From contig LSRY02000064.1 of NCBI GenBank assembly GCA_001643675.2, positions 248,001 to 312,000 of the forward strand: a DNA stretch of 64,000 bases, read 5' to 3'. Of this stretch, positions 14,001 to 23,229 are shown piece after piece. Within the stretch, counting starts at the first letter, position 1; each line of letters opens with the position of its first letter. The notes under the pieces are model-generated. The model ran no database searches. It was not told the origin of the DNA and saw only the letters and a program-made list of their open reading frames with translations. The DNA comes from Monocercomonoides exilis PA203 (lineage: Eukaryota; Protista; Preaxostyla). Position numbers and translations under genes: made by a program.

Positions 14001-17000
14001 TTGCAGAATTGGGCTGGCTTCGAGCACAGGCAAGCTGGAGAACTCGTTTGCAGATGTGACAGGAGGCTCTTTGATGCTGTTCCACCTGAGTGTCGATGGG
14101 GTGTTGGTTGACTCGTATTCTGTGATCAGAGGGTTGAAGGGAGCGAGTGGTGGAAGTGTTGAGCTGGATGGGTGTGTTTTCACCGGAGTGGAGCTGAGCA
14201 GCGGGAGCATTGTGGAGACAGGGGGAGAGAGGAATGTGAATGTGAGTGGATGCACGTTTGAGGGGATCAGTCGAGGGTGTGGAAGTGGAGGAGGTGTGAG
14301 TGTGAGAAATGGGGATGATGAGGATGATAATGAGGAAGAGGCAGGAGGAGTGGTGGTTGTGGAAGGGTGCACTTTTGAGAGATGCTCAGTCAGCGAAGAA
14401 GGCAAAGGGGGTGGAGGACTGAGTGTGAGCATGGGGGTGCAAGGAGCATCAGGGATGGCGAAGATATTGAAGTGCACATTCAGGCAGTGCAGTGCACAGA
14501 GTGGGTCTTTTGTGGGATATGGAGGAGGGATGCTGATAGAGCTGACGGATGCTGATGCATCGTTTGTGGTATCTTCTCCGACATTTCCGGCAGATGGAGC
14601 GAACAGTGCGAGATACGGGCGGGATGTGTTTGTGGTGTCTCCGAACCTGTCGCGAAGTGTTTGTGGGGAGACGATGCTGTTTGCATTGGCAGTGCCGCTG
14701 CAAGATACAGATTCGATGATGGGATACGAGGGGGAGGACAAGAGAAATGCGATTCCGCTTGTGTATGTGGTGAATCCGGTGGGAAGCACGATCGTTGTCT
14801 CTTCGGCGGAAGGGGTGGATGTGAGCTGCTGTGGATTTGAGGAGTATCCGTGCCACACGCTGAAGCATTCGTTCTGGAGGCAGCAGGGCAAGAAAAAGAG
14901 CATTCTGATCAGCGAGGGATTCGAGCTGAACGAGAGGGTTGAACTGTCGGATGGGCAGGGATATGTGATGAGCGGGGCTTCTGAGAAAAGCGGAGTGCAT
15001 GTGAATGGAGGAGAGGATGGGGAAGGGGGAGTAATCAGGATGAAGGGGAGCAGCGCATTTGCGGCAGTGATGAAGCTGATGTGTTTTGCACTCCCAGGAT
15101 CTTTGGGGAGGCATGCCTTTCTGATTTCGCAGGAAGGGTTGGGGGAGATGGGAATTGAGCAATGCGATTTTGTCTCAGAGTCTGCTGAATCAGTTCATTC
15201 GTTCACCATTGTGAGGTGTGTTTCAGGAACTGTGGTGCTGAAGACAGTGCATATGAGCGGTGTGCATTTTGGGGATGGGCATTTTGTGGAAGCATGTGGA
15301 GATTGTGTGGTGCGGATGGAATCGTGCGTTGTGGCCGATGTGCGGACAGCGTCTGTGAGAGGGGTTGTTTGTGTCCAGTCGGAGCAAGCATCGCTGCTTG
15401 TGAAGGATTCGTGGTTCAGGTGTTCTTCTGAGGGGGAAGAGAGCTTCAATGTGCTGTATTGTTCAGGGATGAAGGAAGTTGTGATTGAAGGGAGCGAGTT
15501 TGAAGGGAGCAGGTGCAGAGATGGGAATGGATCGGCGATATTGTGCAGGATCAATTCAGGAGGAGCGATGAAGATGGAAGGAGGGGGATTGAAGAGCGGA
15601 AAGAGTGTTGGAGGCAGTGGAGGAGGGATGCATGTGTGTGTGGAGAGGGGAGGGAAGCTGGAGATCGGAAATGGTACTGGGGCTGTGCCCACGCTGTTTG
15701 AGAACTGTGAAGCGTTGAAGGAGAGGGTGGAGGGAGGATATGGGGGAGGGGTGTGTCTTCGGCTGATTGAAGATGATGCAATGTTTGGGATGAAGAATGT
15801 GGGCTTCTCCAGCTGCAGGGCGGATGCTGGGGGGAATTGGGTGTTTGTGGAAGGGAAGAGGCTGAAATCGATTGTGAAGGAGGAGACAATTGGATTTGAG
15901 TTTGAGAAAGAGGAAGGAAAGGCAGGTGTGGGGGATGTTGAAGGGGGTGATTTGGCTGGGGCATCTGTGTGCATTCCGCTTGCGATATTCTTCCGGAGTG
16001 TGCCGAGTGTGGGGCATGTGAGCATGGGAGGGCTGGATTACACGATATGTGGGTATTCTGATTTCCGCTGTTCGACGATTCCGTATGCTGGATCGTTGTT
16101 GTTTGGCAGCAGCGAGAGAACTGGAACACTGAAGCTGGAGCCAGTGTATGTGCTTGAGGAGGAGATGCAGCTGAGCAAGGAGTCGCTGCGCATCAGTGGA
16201 GAGGTGCCGAAAGCAGAGATCGAAGTGAAAGGCTATGTGAGCAACACGCAGCAAGGACTTGTGGAAACAAGGACAGAGATCTCATTTGAGGACTTGGCGT
16301 TTGGGCTGCCTTCAATGCTGATTGGGTCAGTGACAACCAGCCTGTTCATGTGCAGCAGCAGTGTTCTGAAGGTGGAAGAATGCAGTTTTGGGAGTGAAAG
16401 CGAGAGTGTGGAGTATTCGGTTGTGTTTGTGAAAGGAGGACGAGTGGAGATGTTTGGGTGTTTGATTCGGGAGTGTGTGTTTGTGGGGGCAGGGGTTGTT
16501 GAGTTTGGGGAGGGGGTGTGTGAAGGGGAGATGAAAGGGGTTGAGATGGAGGGAGTCAGGAGAGAAGATGCAGGAAGTCTGGTGAAGGTGAGGAAAGGTG
16601 GGGATATGGAGGTGGAGAGCTGTGTGGTGGGTGATTGTGCAGAAGGGGAGGGGAACGTGGTTGGCTTTGAAGAAGGCGCGAGCATTCGGATGCGCAACAG
16701 CACATTTGGGAGGATGAAGCGGAAAGCTGGGGATGGCGGGGTTGTGGATGGGGTGGTTGGAGAAGGCGAAGAAGCGAAGGTGGAGAACTGCACATTTGAA
16801 TACAACGGGTGTGATGCAAGCAGCTCGAAGGGAGGAAGTGTGATTGTGAGGGTTTGTGCGAGGGGGAGGTTTGTGTTTGAGCGGAATGTGGTGAACCGGA
16901 GCACAGTTCCTTCGGGGAGTGGACTTGGGGGTGGGGTGCATCTGACGCTGGGGGATGTTGATGTGGAGTATTCGATGAAGGAGGATGTGTTTGAGGAGAA

Positions 17001-20000
17001 CGGAGCGTTTCGAGGAAAGGATGTGTATATGGTGTGTCCTCAGCCGCGGCTGGTGATTGTGCCTATCCTGTGGAACGGGTCGGCCACGAGCAAAACAGAG
17101 GAAGAGCAGCTGTGGGTGCGGGAGCTGGAGTTTGGGGAGAGCGAGGGGCACACGATGATGGAGTATCTGTTCCCGAGCCAGACCGCGTTTGTGTTTGTGA
17201 AAGGGAGCGGGAGTGCAGCGGAGTCGTGTGGGTATCGGGAGCTTCCGTGTGCAACAGTTGACAACGGGCTGGCGAGGATGGGAGAAAGGCAAACGAGCAT
17301 CAGACTGCTTGGAGAGACAGCGGTTGAAGGAGTGATTGAGCGGGGAGGAGAGTCGTTGACTGTTGAAGGGAACGAAGAAGAGCAGCGTTTGGTTGTTGGG
17401 GGAGATGCGAAGTTTGTGATGAAAGAAGGGACGATGCTGACGCAGCTGACACTGTCTTCACTGTGTGTTGTTTTGCCGATGAACAACGAGGGAAGCAGCG
17501 AGGAGGATTGTGTGGTGAGTGGAGCAGTTGGGCAGTGCAATGCTGTGAGATGCCGATTTGTGAATGGAAAAGAGAATGGTGTTGGGTGCGGGAAATGGGT
17601 TGTGAAGGGGCTGGGGAGCAGGGTGAGGATTGAGGAGAGCCAGTTTGAGGAGATAAGTTTTGTGGGAGGAGGAGGGATTGTGGAGATGGTGGAGGGAGAA
17701 GCAGTGTTGAGGAAAGTGAAGATTGAGGGAGTGTCAGCAGAAGGGAGCATTGTGGTGGTGGATGGTGTTGGAGCGAGTTGTCGGTTTGAAGGGTGTGAAG
17801 TGTGCGGGGTTGATTGCCGTGGGGAAGGAAGCGTTCATGTGGAGGGAGGAGGGTCGATTGTGATTGGGAATGGAACGAAAGTTGGGTCATGTGTTTTGAG
17901 GGAAGGGAATGGCGGGGCAGTCCATGGAAAAATGGGGGAGGCAGGGATGGTGACAGTTGCGAATGCAACAGTGGAAGGGTGCAAAGTGAATGCAGCAAGC
18001 AGGCTTGGTGGGGGAATCTTTGTGGAGGTGGAAGGAGAGAGGGAAGGGGGAGTGTTGTTTTCGGAGGTGGCGTTTGGAGGAAATGAGGCGTTTGAAGGGA
18101 GAGACATCTATTTTGTGTGTTTCGATCTGAACGAGAGTGTGAGGGCAGCCCGCTTCAACGTGAGTGTATTTGACGAGAATGGCGAGGTGGTGGTTGAGAT
18201 GGAAGGGAGAGACAGGAAGAATTTTGGAGAGAGTGTGGATCTTTTGCTGTTTCTTGTGGAGTACTGTTCAGCAAGTGTGGTTGTGGGAGCACAGGGGGTG
18301 GATGTTGTTGGGTGTGGGACGAGCAGGCATCCGTGTGGCACGATGGGGATGGGGTTGCAGCATCTGGACGAGTCTCACTCGCGAAGGCTGGTGATTGCTG
18401 ACAAGGTGGAGGTTGACGAGTGCTTCTCGTTGAGAAATGAGATGTGGATTGGAGGAAGAGGAGAAGGCGGAGGAGAGAATGAGAAGGGAGTTGAGATGGT
18501 GTTTGTGCCAAATGGGAGGGCAGATGGAATGGGCGCAAAGGGAGTGCTGGATATGAATGGCAACATCACTTTTTCGTTGATTGGTTTTGCGGTTTCTGCA
18601 TTGTTGAGCGTGGAGCAGGAGGCACTGATGTATTTGCAGTCTGGTTGTGTGCGATATGAGAAGTGTGTGTTTTGTGAAGCTGAATCAGTAGATTCGTGTT
18701 TGGTGAAGTCTGTGGGGAAAGAAGTGCATCTGAGCGAGTGCAACATGAGCACGATGAGTGTTTTGTGTGCAGCGCTGCAGCTGCACTCTTCTGTGTCGAT
18801 GCAGTCGTGCTACATCACGAATGTGAAAGCAGGAACGAGCAAGAAGGGAGGAGCGGTATTTGTTGAGAGAAAGAGCGAAGAAGGATTTGTGATTGTGAAC
18901 TCGTCGAACATTGTTGGGTGTGAATGTTCGTTGAGTGAAGGTTCTGGTGGGTTTGCGTTCATCGACTGCTCGAGTGATGAGACGAGCGAGCCATTTCGGT
19001 TTATTTCGCTGAAATTTGGGAGGAACAATGCTCGCACAGGAAGAAACATGTTTTTGGTGGGGAGCGACTTGAACAGCTCAGTGAAGGAGTCGACATTTGA
19101 CTGTGAGGTTTTTGATGAAGCAGATGAGGAAGTGGAAGACGATGGAAACATGTTTGTGGGAAGGGACAAGGTGTTCTCGGGGGTTGATCTTCTGTGCTTT
19201 TTGGAGGATTTCAAATGCGATATGGTTCATGTGAGTGCTGATGGCTATGATGTGAAGAGGTGTGGAAGAGCAGTGGAGCCGTGCAGAACGTTTTGGGAAG
19301 GGATGAATCACATTCTTGGGTCAGGCGAGCAGCATACATTGGTTGTGGGGCAGAGTGCGCATGTGAGCGATGAGTATGTGCTGTCGCACTTTTCGATCTG
19401 TTCTGGGGATGATGAAGCTGAGGGAGTGAGAAGTGAACTTGTTTTTGAGAGGAAGAGTGGAGCAACAAGAGATTCTTTTCTGTGTGCTTGTGATGAGCTG
19501 AACTGCACGAACATATGCTTCAGGGCAACCGCTCTGATTGATGGCACGGCCAGAGTGGTTGTGGAGATTGAAGAAGGGAATGTTTCGCTCGAGAACTGTG
19601 AATGGAAAGGGAGCGAAGAAAATGGAAGTGCTGCTGGATGTTCGTTTGTTCGATCTGTGAATGGATCGCTGTTTGTGCACAAACTGATCATTGCCTCGTC
19701 AAGACTTGGGGCGAGTGTGTTTGTGGTTGATGATATTTCGCAGTGTGTGTTTTTAGAGCTGAGAGTGTCGCTGATCGATGAATCCATCGACTCGTTGATC
19801 AGTGTCAGTGAAAGTGAAATTCAGACTTCCTGTGGAAGCAACGGGATGAGCAAAAAGGAAGGAAGTGTGCTGGTGGAGAAGAGCCAGTTCCTGTCTGTTC
19901 ACAAGTCAGACGATTGCTCGAGTGTCATCAGCACAAGTGCTGACCTTTCTGTTTGTGTTTGTGTGAATAGCTCGACGTTCACAGAGTGTCGGGCGAGTGC

Positions 20001-23000
20001 GTCTGGCAGGGGAGGTGCGATGCGAATATTGATGGGAGCAGGGTCGCAGATGCAGATCCTGAACAGCGAGATGATGCGGTGCTGCAGCAGCTTGGAGGAA
20101 GGGAAGGGCGGAGGGGTGTATTTGGCGAGCAAGGAGACAGGGGATCTGCAGTTTTTGTTTGGGAACATGAGCTTCATGGGGAATGAAGCAGCTGTTGGGT
20201 GCGATGTGTTTGTGAGCTGCTTCAGCATTCAGTCGCAGATCAATGAGAGCCAGTTTGTGTTTGATCTGGAGCGTGTGACGAGCAGGGAGAAGAGCATGTT
20301 TGGGGTTGATGTGACAGAGCACAAAGCATTCACGAATCTGATGGACTTCATCAGCGTGTATCAGTCAGACACGATTGTTGTGTCCTCGCTGGAGAGCAGG
20401 GGAGGGAGGAACGAGAGACAGTGTGGAGCGCCGGAGCAGCCGTGCAAGACGGTTGAGTATGGGTTGGGGCATCTGACGAACCGTTTTGTGAGCCAGATGT
20501 TTGTTGATGGGGAGACAGCAATCAACAGCGAGGTTGAGGTGCGGCAGATGAGCCTGTCATCGCGATGGATGGAGAGCTCTGTTGTGCATGTTCTGGCTGC
20601 TGCTGGAATGTTTTCGGATCAGATTGTTTCCACATGCATGCAGGTGTCGGTCAGCAATCTGGACTTTGTGTTTGAGGGATGGCAGGAGGGGAGTCAGCCA
20701 GCATTCCTGAGGGTTGTGAATGGAACAGCGAAAATGCAGAGCTGTTTGTTTTGTGGTTCTGGGGAAGGAGAAGATGGGGATGAAATCGAGCTTGAATCTC
20801 TGTTTGTTCTTGTTGGAGGGAATATTTCAGTGGAAAGGTGCAGCATTACGAAAATAAGTTTTGGGTGGAATATCATTGAGATCGGAGCGAATGTGGCGAC
20901 TATTTCATCGAGCTCGATCAGCGAGGTGAAGTGCAGAGGAGTTGTGATGGAGGAAGCGAGTGGAGATGTGACATTTGAGAGGGTGAAGGTGTTCAATGTG
21001 ACAGCGAGCTCGCCACAAGGGTTGATATCGTTTGTGAGCACAGATTCTCCATTGATTTTTGAAAACTGCACATTTGAGATGGACCAGCTGTCGAGCTCAG
21101 ACAGACTGATTTCGTTCAAGGATTGCAGCAGAGTTTTGGTGGAATCGTGTGTAATGAGGGGGTGCAATGGGGAATGTGCTCGGTTGGGGGTGGAAAACAA
21201 CGAGGAAGAAAGCATGTGCAAGTGGAATGGATCGCTGGTGGAGTGCAAGGAGAGTGTGGTGGAGTGCCGAGGCACAGTGATAGCAGACGCGCCAGAGGGA
21301 GGAATGGGTGTTGTGGGAGGGAGAGTGACGATTGAGAAAGGGGAGTTTTCAAGCAACGACCCGAAGGTGGAAGGCTATCCATCGATGAGGCGGAACATTC
21401 GATGTGCAGGATTAGGGTTGGTGAGGATTTTGAATGTGAGAGGAGGAGATGGGCTGATGCCAAACACTTCGCTGTGGATTGTGAATGAAGGGTGCACACT
21501 GGAAGGGATTGTGCTGGAGAGGGCTTCGGCGTTTTTCATTCCTCGGCTGGAATCCGTTGCAATGGAAGTTCAGGGGGAGGAGGCTGAGATCAGGTTTGCT
21601 GGGGCGCTGTTGCTTCCGTGTGATCTGGCATTCCGAGTTGTGTCAGAAATGAACAATGTCAGCTCAATTGAGACTTATAGCTTTGCAGAGGAAGATTTTG
21701 TTTCTGAGGAGGAAGTTCATGGAAAGATAAGCTCGTCTTTGATAAGCTCAGCTCCAGCAGAAGCAGAAGTGGTGGTGTGTGTATTGTTTGGCAATCTTGA
21801 TACTCCATCTGCCACTGATTCTTACATTCTGAAGAACAGAAGCGATCCCAAGGCAACTGAAGATGAAAGAATTGTTGAAGGAGGAAAAAAGGAAAGATCA
21901 ATATGGCCAATAATCGTAATTGTGCTTGTTGTGATTTTGCTGATAGTTCTTATCGTTGCAGTAGCATTTATTATTCGATGGAGGAAGCAAAAGAGAAGAA
22001 CAGAAGAATTGGAAGTGATTGTCGAAGACACGGTAAAGAAGGATCCTAAAGCATTCGAGATGGTGACGATGGAAATGTCTCCCGAAGAGCAATGGAGGAG
22101 AGCAGAGAGGGAGACAGAGAAGAAGAATGAGGAAAGGATAAAGAAGAGGGTGTACGAGAAAAGCTTGGGACACTCCGAGTCATCAGAGCATCTTCTCTCC
22201 GAGAGTGGATCAACAGAATACATCCTTGGAAGAGATTCAGACAAAATTCCAGAATGGATGCTGGAAAAGGTTGAAGAAGAGGAAATTAGAAAGCAGACTC
22301 CATCACCATCCATTTCATCCACCTCAACCACAGACACTTCAGACACAGAATCCACATTTGTTCATGGAGAGGATCTATGCCCAACCACCTCATCAATGTC
22401 GAATCTTGTCGATGCAATTGCCTGTTCATCACCTCACGAGAAGCTGATTGTGGATTTGAGAGATTCTTTATTCATGTTGCTTCATGGGAGGAACGAGAAG
22501 AAGGAGATGGCGATTGGTACACTTCAACAGAGGGAGCAGACAGCTTCCCAAATCCTGTTCTGGGTGGCGAATGGAGCTCTCCATTCATTTGATGAATGTG
22601 AGGTTCCACTTCAGTCGCTGACGAATCTGAGTCCTCACATTGTGTTGTTCTCTGAACACATGGTCATTTGTGTTGCAATGCATTCTGACTGCTCTTCTTC
22701 AGATTCAGATTCATCCTCGATATCTTCATCAACAGTTGTGACATCAACCAGTGATGATGGTGATGAAAGATATTCTCTACCCTCATCAGCTTTTGAGGAT
22801 GAGGATGATTTCAAAAAAGAGTGTCTGAGGTGGAAGGCACCTGAATTGCTGAATGGAGAAAAGAAGCATGCGACGAAGAAGACAGTTGCGTTCTCGATTG
22901 GGATGATGCTGTGGGAGTGTCTGACACTGGACATTCCGTTTGGAGAGTATGAGGAAGAGGTGGCAGGGAAGAAGATATGTCAAAGGGAGCGGCCGGAATT

Positions 23001-23229
23001 GACGAAGATTGAGGAATCGGAACTGGCACGTTTGGTGGATTTGTGCTGGTCTGCAGATCGCGAGAATAGGATGAGTCTGACATGCGTGAAGAGAGAGTTC
23101 CTTGGGTGCATGCCGAATGGTTGCTTGATGATGACGATGTCGGATGCGATAAGCTACGACGAAGACAGCAACGATGGAGGAAGTGGAGGGAGAAGCAGCA
23201 TCAGCAGCACAGATTTGTCATTCCGTTGA
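11071..23229 (+). CDS. Giant intronless type-I membrane protein: signal peptide, repeated Cys-rich beta-helix-like modules, one TM helix, cytoplasmic degenerate (pseudo) tyrosine-kinase-like domain
   Basis: 4067-codon ORF from 11026; the likely start is MELLFLFLLG at 11071. It has eight CGx5-6CxT modules with GG[AG]hh and NxAxxGxDh motifs, a TM IWPIIVIVLVVILLIVLIVAVAFII (~21901-21975), and kinase C-lobe motifs RWKAPELL and FSIGMMLWECLTLDIPF. Confidence 0.85.
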   Translation: MELLFLFLLGFTSLLCLSEGAFQCDPLLGCQWTRLELMFGVKNSSVKAEGFAQTGRRQECLWRIWQNSRVLVGDSTISAAADIAAVFEVKSSDIMLKNISLFSAQESQPFPELISSLPFDDGIGRYGVLEASLSRIEEMVLESGPLFSSPAFRSVGIRECVFRNMSVAAGKGIGCEGSGREDISIGSSDFRSVCDVFTGGIVDGMHGQSLSLWNNTHFGCTRSLENGTRRILAVDTTIRSERFENQKTESTSTSTWTTTDSGSCVFLRHNSSASLSVSGSIFQNCTCGYCGGAIMCQNISSVVITNSSFNVCRAEFLGHGGALFMNSIGGCYFFSSISFNSCKTNLFGGCALFYTVPVPSLSNCITDEQNGEMSEKFQFSDLSCRNCSSKNTGAFSMLNEISSFFGMRNCLFEGCSILGEDTGGALSITSNGLTKDNPQLFFFCLFFNNTATRAGFGHDVCLNDEGSRMKTISPFVESLTLTKGGKQLAHCNSTCHANSEWLRYGFAKRIVAGEEGMDREECGWSDGAGCRTVKYAVESELSMEGCVVNVRGGEHTEFTQDGIAAGVKTVRIRGSEEGGGGTRFVVVQVGSGHALFSVSSGKLSVESVSVEYDSDVGSIVGRVTEGEGMLSLVRVQINSSTSTVSHPFGVSLFQVEKGSLYVEGCQLSSLCVSDVPLVRLSALSAFRNANATYQSITRVRGSGCVMEREVGEGDEVEMDNVTLSQCMCLDGDGGAIALTLRSTGKVRVGVSEGVIFSSCTVPADGTKKGKGGGVYLRLVGGGCGFVLDRVSFSECGAWKGRNVFVKADNLSGVITGSSVRFEVTGTEDEDLMGFEEGCGAEAVPLKAYLAGFGGSGYVGGAGELDFSGCGTAAYPCETIRRAVSVLFEGKKRKVILNEGFRWREAVGMEEQEWDVKCVAEDTNIVVAPVGSLAEEAVVVVSSAKASFTNIRFSFGSSGSGHFKRWILCKGGEASMSYCRIGLASSTGKLENSFADVTGGSLMLFHLSVDGVLVDSYSVIRGLKGASGGSVELDGCVFTGVELSSGSIVETGGERNVNVSGCTFEGISRGCGSGGGVSVRNGDDEDDNEEEAGGVVVVEGCTFERCSVSEEGKGGGGLSVSMGVQGASGMAKILKCTFRQCSAQSGSFVGYGGGMLIELTDADASFVVSSPTFPADGANSARYGRDVFVVSPNLSRSVCGETMLFALAVPLQDTDSMMGYEGEDKRNAIPLVYVVNPVGSTIVVSSAEGVDVSCCGFEEYPCHTLKHSFWRQQGKKKSILISEGFELNERVELSDGQGYVMSGASEKSGVHVNGGEDGEGGVIRMKGSSAFAAVMKLMCFALPGSLGRHAFLISQEGLGEMGIEQCDFVSESAESVHSFTIVRCVSGTVVLKTVHMSGVHFGDGHFVEACGDCVVRMESCVVADVRTASVRGVVCVQSEQASLLVKDSWFRCSSEGEESFNVLYCSGMKEVVIEGSEFEGSRCRDGNGSAILCRINSGGAMKMEGGGLKSGKSVGGSGGGMHVCVERGGKLEIGNGTGAVPTLFENCEALKERVEGGYGGGVCLRLIEDDAMFGMKNVGFSSCRADAGGNWVFVEGKRLKSIVKEETIGFEFEKEEGKAGVGDVEGGDLAGASVCIPLAIFFRSVPSVGHVSMGGLDYTICGYSDFRCSTIPYAGSLLFGSSERTGTLKLEPVYVLEEEMQLSKESLRISGEVPKAEIEVKGYVSNTQQGLVETRTEISFEDLAFGLPSMLIGSVTTSLFMCSSSVLKVEECSFGSESESVEYSVVFVKGGRVEMFGCLIRECVFVGAGVVEFGEGVCEGEMKGVEMEGVRREDAGSLVKVRKGGDMEVESCVVGDCAEGEGNVVGFEEGASIRMRNSTFGRMKRKAGDGGVVDGVVGEGEEAKVENCTFEYNGCDASSSKGGSVIVRVCARGRFVFERNVVNRSTVPSGSGLGGGVHLTLGDVDVEYSMKEDVFEENGAFRGKDVYMVCPQPRLVIVPILWNGSATSKTEEEQLWVRELEFGESEGHTMMEYLFPSQTAFVFVKGSGSAAESCGYRELPCATVDNGLARMGERQTSIRLLGETAVEGVIERGGESLTVEGNEEEQRLVVGGDAKFVMKEGTMLTQLTLSSLCVVLPMNNEGSSEEDCVVSGAVGQCNAVRCRFVNGKENGVGCGKWVVKGLGSRVRIEESQFEEISFVGGGGIVEMVEGEAVLRKVKIEGVSAEGSIVVVDGVGASCRFEGCEVCGVDCRGEGSVHVEGGGSIVIGNGTKVGSCVLREGNGGAVHGKMGEAGMVTVANATVEGCKVNAASRLGGGIFVEVEGEREGGVLFSEVAFGGNEAFEGRDIYFVCFDLNESVRAARFNVSVFDENGEVVVEMEGRDRKNFGESVDLLLFLVEYCSASVVVGAQGVDVVGCGTSRHPCGTMGMGLQHLDESHSRRLVIADKVEVDECFSLRNEMWIGGRGEGGGENEKGVEMVFVPNGRADGMGAKGVLDMNGNITFSLIGFAVSALLSVEQEALMYLQSGCVRYEKCVFCEAESVDSCLVKSVGKEVHLSECNMSTMSVLCAALQLHSSVSMQSCYITNVKAGTSKKGGAVFVERKSEEGFVIVNSSNIVGCECSLSEGSGGFAFIDCSSDETSEPFRFISLKFGRNNARTGRNMFLVGSDLNSSVKESTFDCEVFDEADEEVEDDGNMFVGRDKVFSGVDLLCFLEDFKCDMVHVSADGYDVKRCGRAVEPCRTFWEGMNHILGSGEQHTLVVGQSAHVSDEYVLSHFSICSGDDEAEGVRSELVFERKSGATRDSFLCACDELNCTNICFRATALIDGTARVVVEIEEGNVSLENCEWKGSEENGSAAGCSFVRSVNGSLFVHKLIIASSRLGASVFVVDDISQCVFLELRVSLIDESIDSLISVSESEIQTSCGSNGMSKKEGSVLVEKSQFLSVHKSDDCSSVISTSADLSVCVCVNSSTFTECRASASGRGGAMRILMGAGSQMQILNSEMMRCCSSLEEGKGGGVYLASKETGDLQFLFGNMSFMGNEAAVGCDVFVSCFSIQSQINESQFVFDLERVTSREKSMFGVDVTEHKAFTNLMDFISVYQSDTIVVSSLESRGGRNERQCGAPEQPCKTVEYGLGHLTNRFVSQMFVDGETAINSEVEVRQMSLSSRWMESSVVHVLAAAGMFSDQIVSTCMQVSVSNLDFVFEGWQEGSQPAFLRVVNGTAKMQSCLFCGSGEGEDGDEIELESLFVLVGGNISVERCSITKISFGWNIIEIGANVATISSSSISEVKCRGVVMEEASGDVTFERVKVFNVTASSPQGLISFVSTDSPLIFENCTFEMDQLSSSDRLISFKDCSRVLVESCVMRGCNGECARLGVENNEEESMCKWNGSLVECKESVVECRGTVIADAPEGGMGVVGGRVTIEKGEFSSNDPKVEGYPSMRRNIRCAGLGLVRILNVRGGDGLMPNTSLWIVNEGCTLEGIVLERASAFFIPRLESVAMEVQGEEAEIRFAGALLLPCDLAFRVVSEMNNVSSIETYSFAEEDFVSEEEVHGKISSSLISSAPAEAEVVVCVLFGNLDTPSATDSYILKNRSDPKATEDERIVEGGKKERSIWPIIVIVLVVILLIVLIVAVAFIIRWRKQKRRTEELEVIVEDTVKKDPKAFEMVTMEMSPEEQWRRAERETEKKNEERIKKRVYEKSLGHSESSEHLLSESGSTEYILGRDSDKIPEWMLEKVEEEEIRKQTPSPSISSTSTTDTSDTESTFVHGEDLCPTTSSMSNLVDAIACSSPHEKLIVDLRDSLFMLLHGRNEKKEMAIGTLQQREQTASQILFWVANGALHSFDECEVPLQSLTNLSPHIVLFSEHMVICVAMHSDCSSSDSDSSSISSSTVVTSTSDDGDERYSLPSSAFEDEDDFKKECLRWKAPELLNGEKKHATKKTVAFSIGMMLWECLTLDIPFGEYEEEVAGKKICQRERPELTKIEESELARLVDLCWSADRENRMSLTCVKREFLGCMPNGCLMMTMSDAISYDEDSNDGGSGGRSSISSTDLSFR

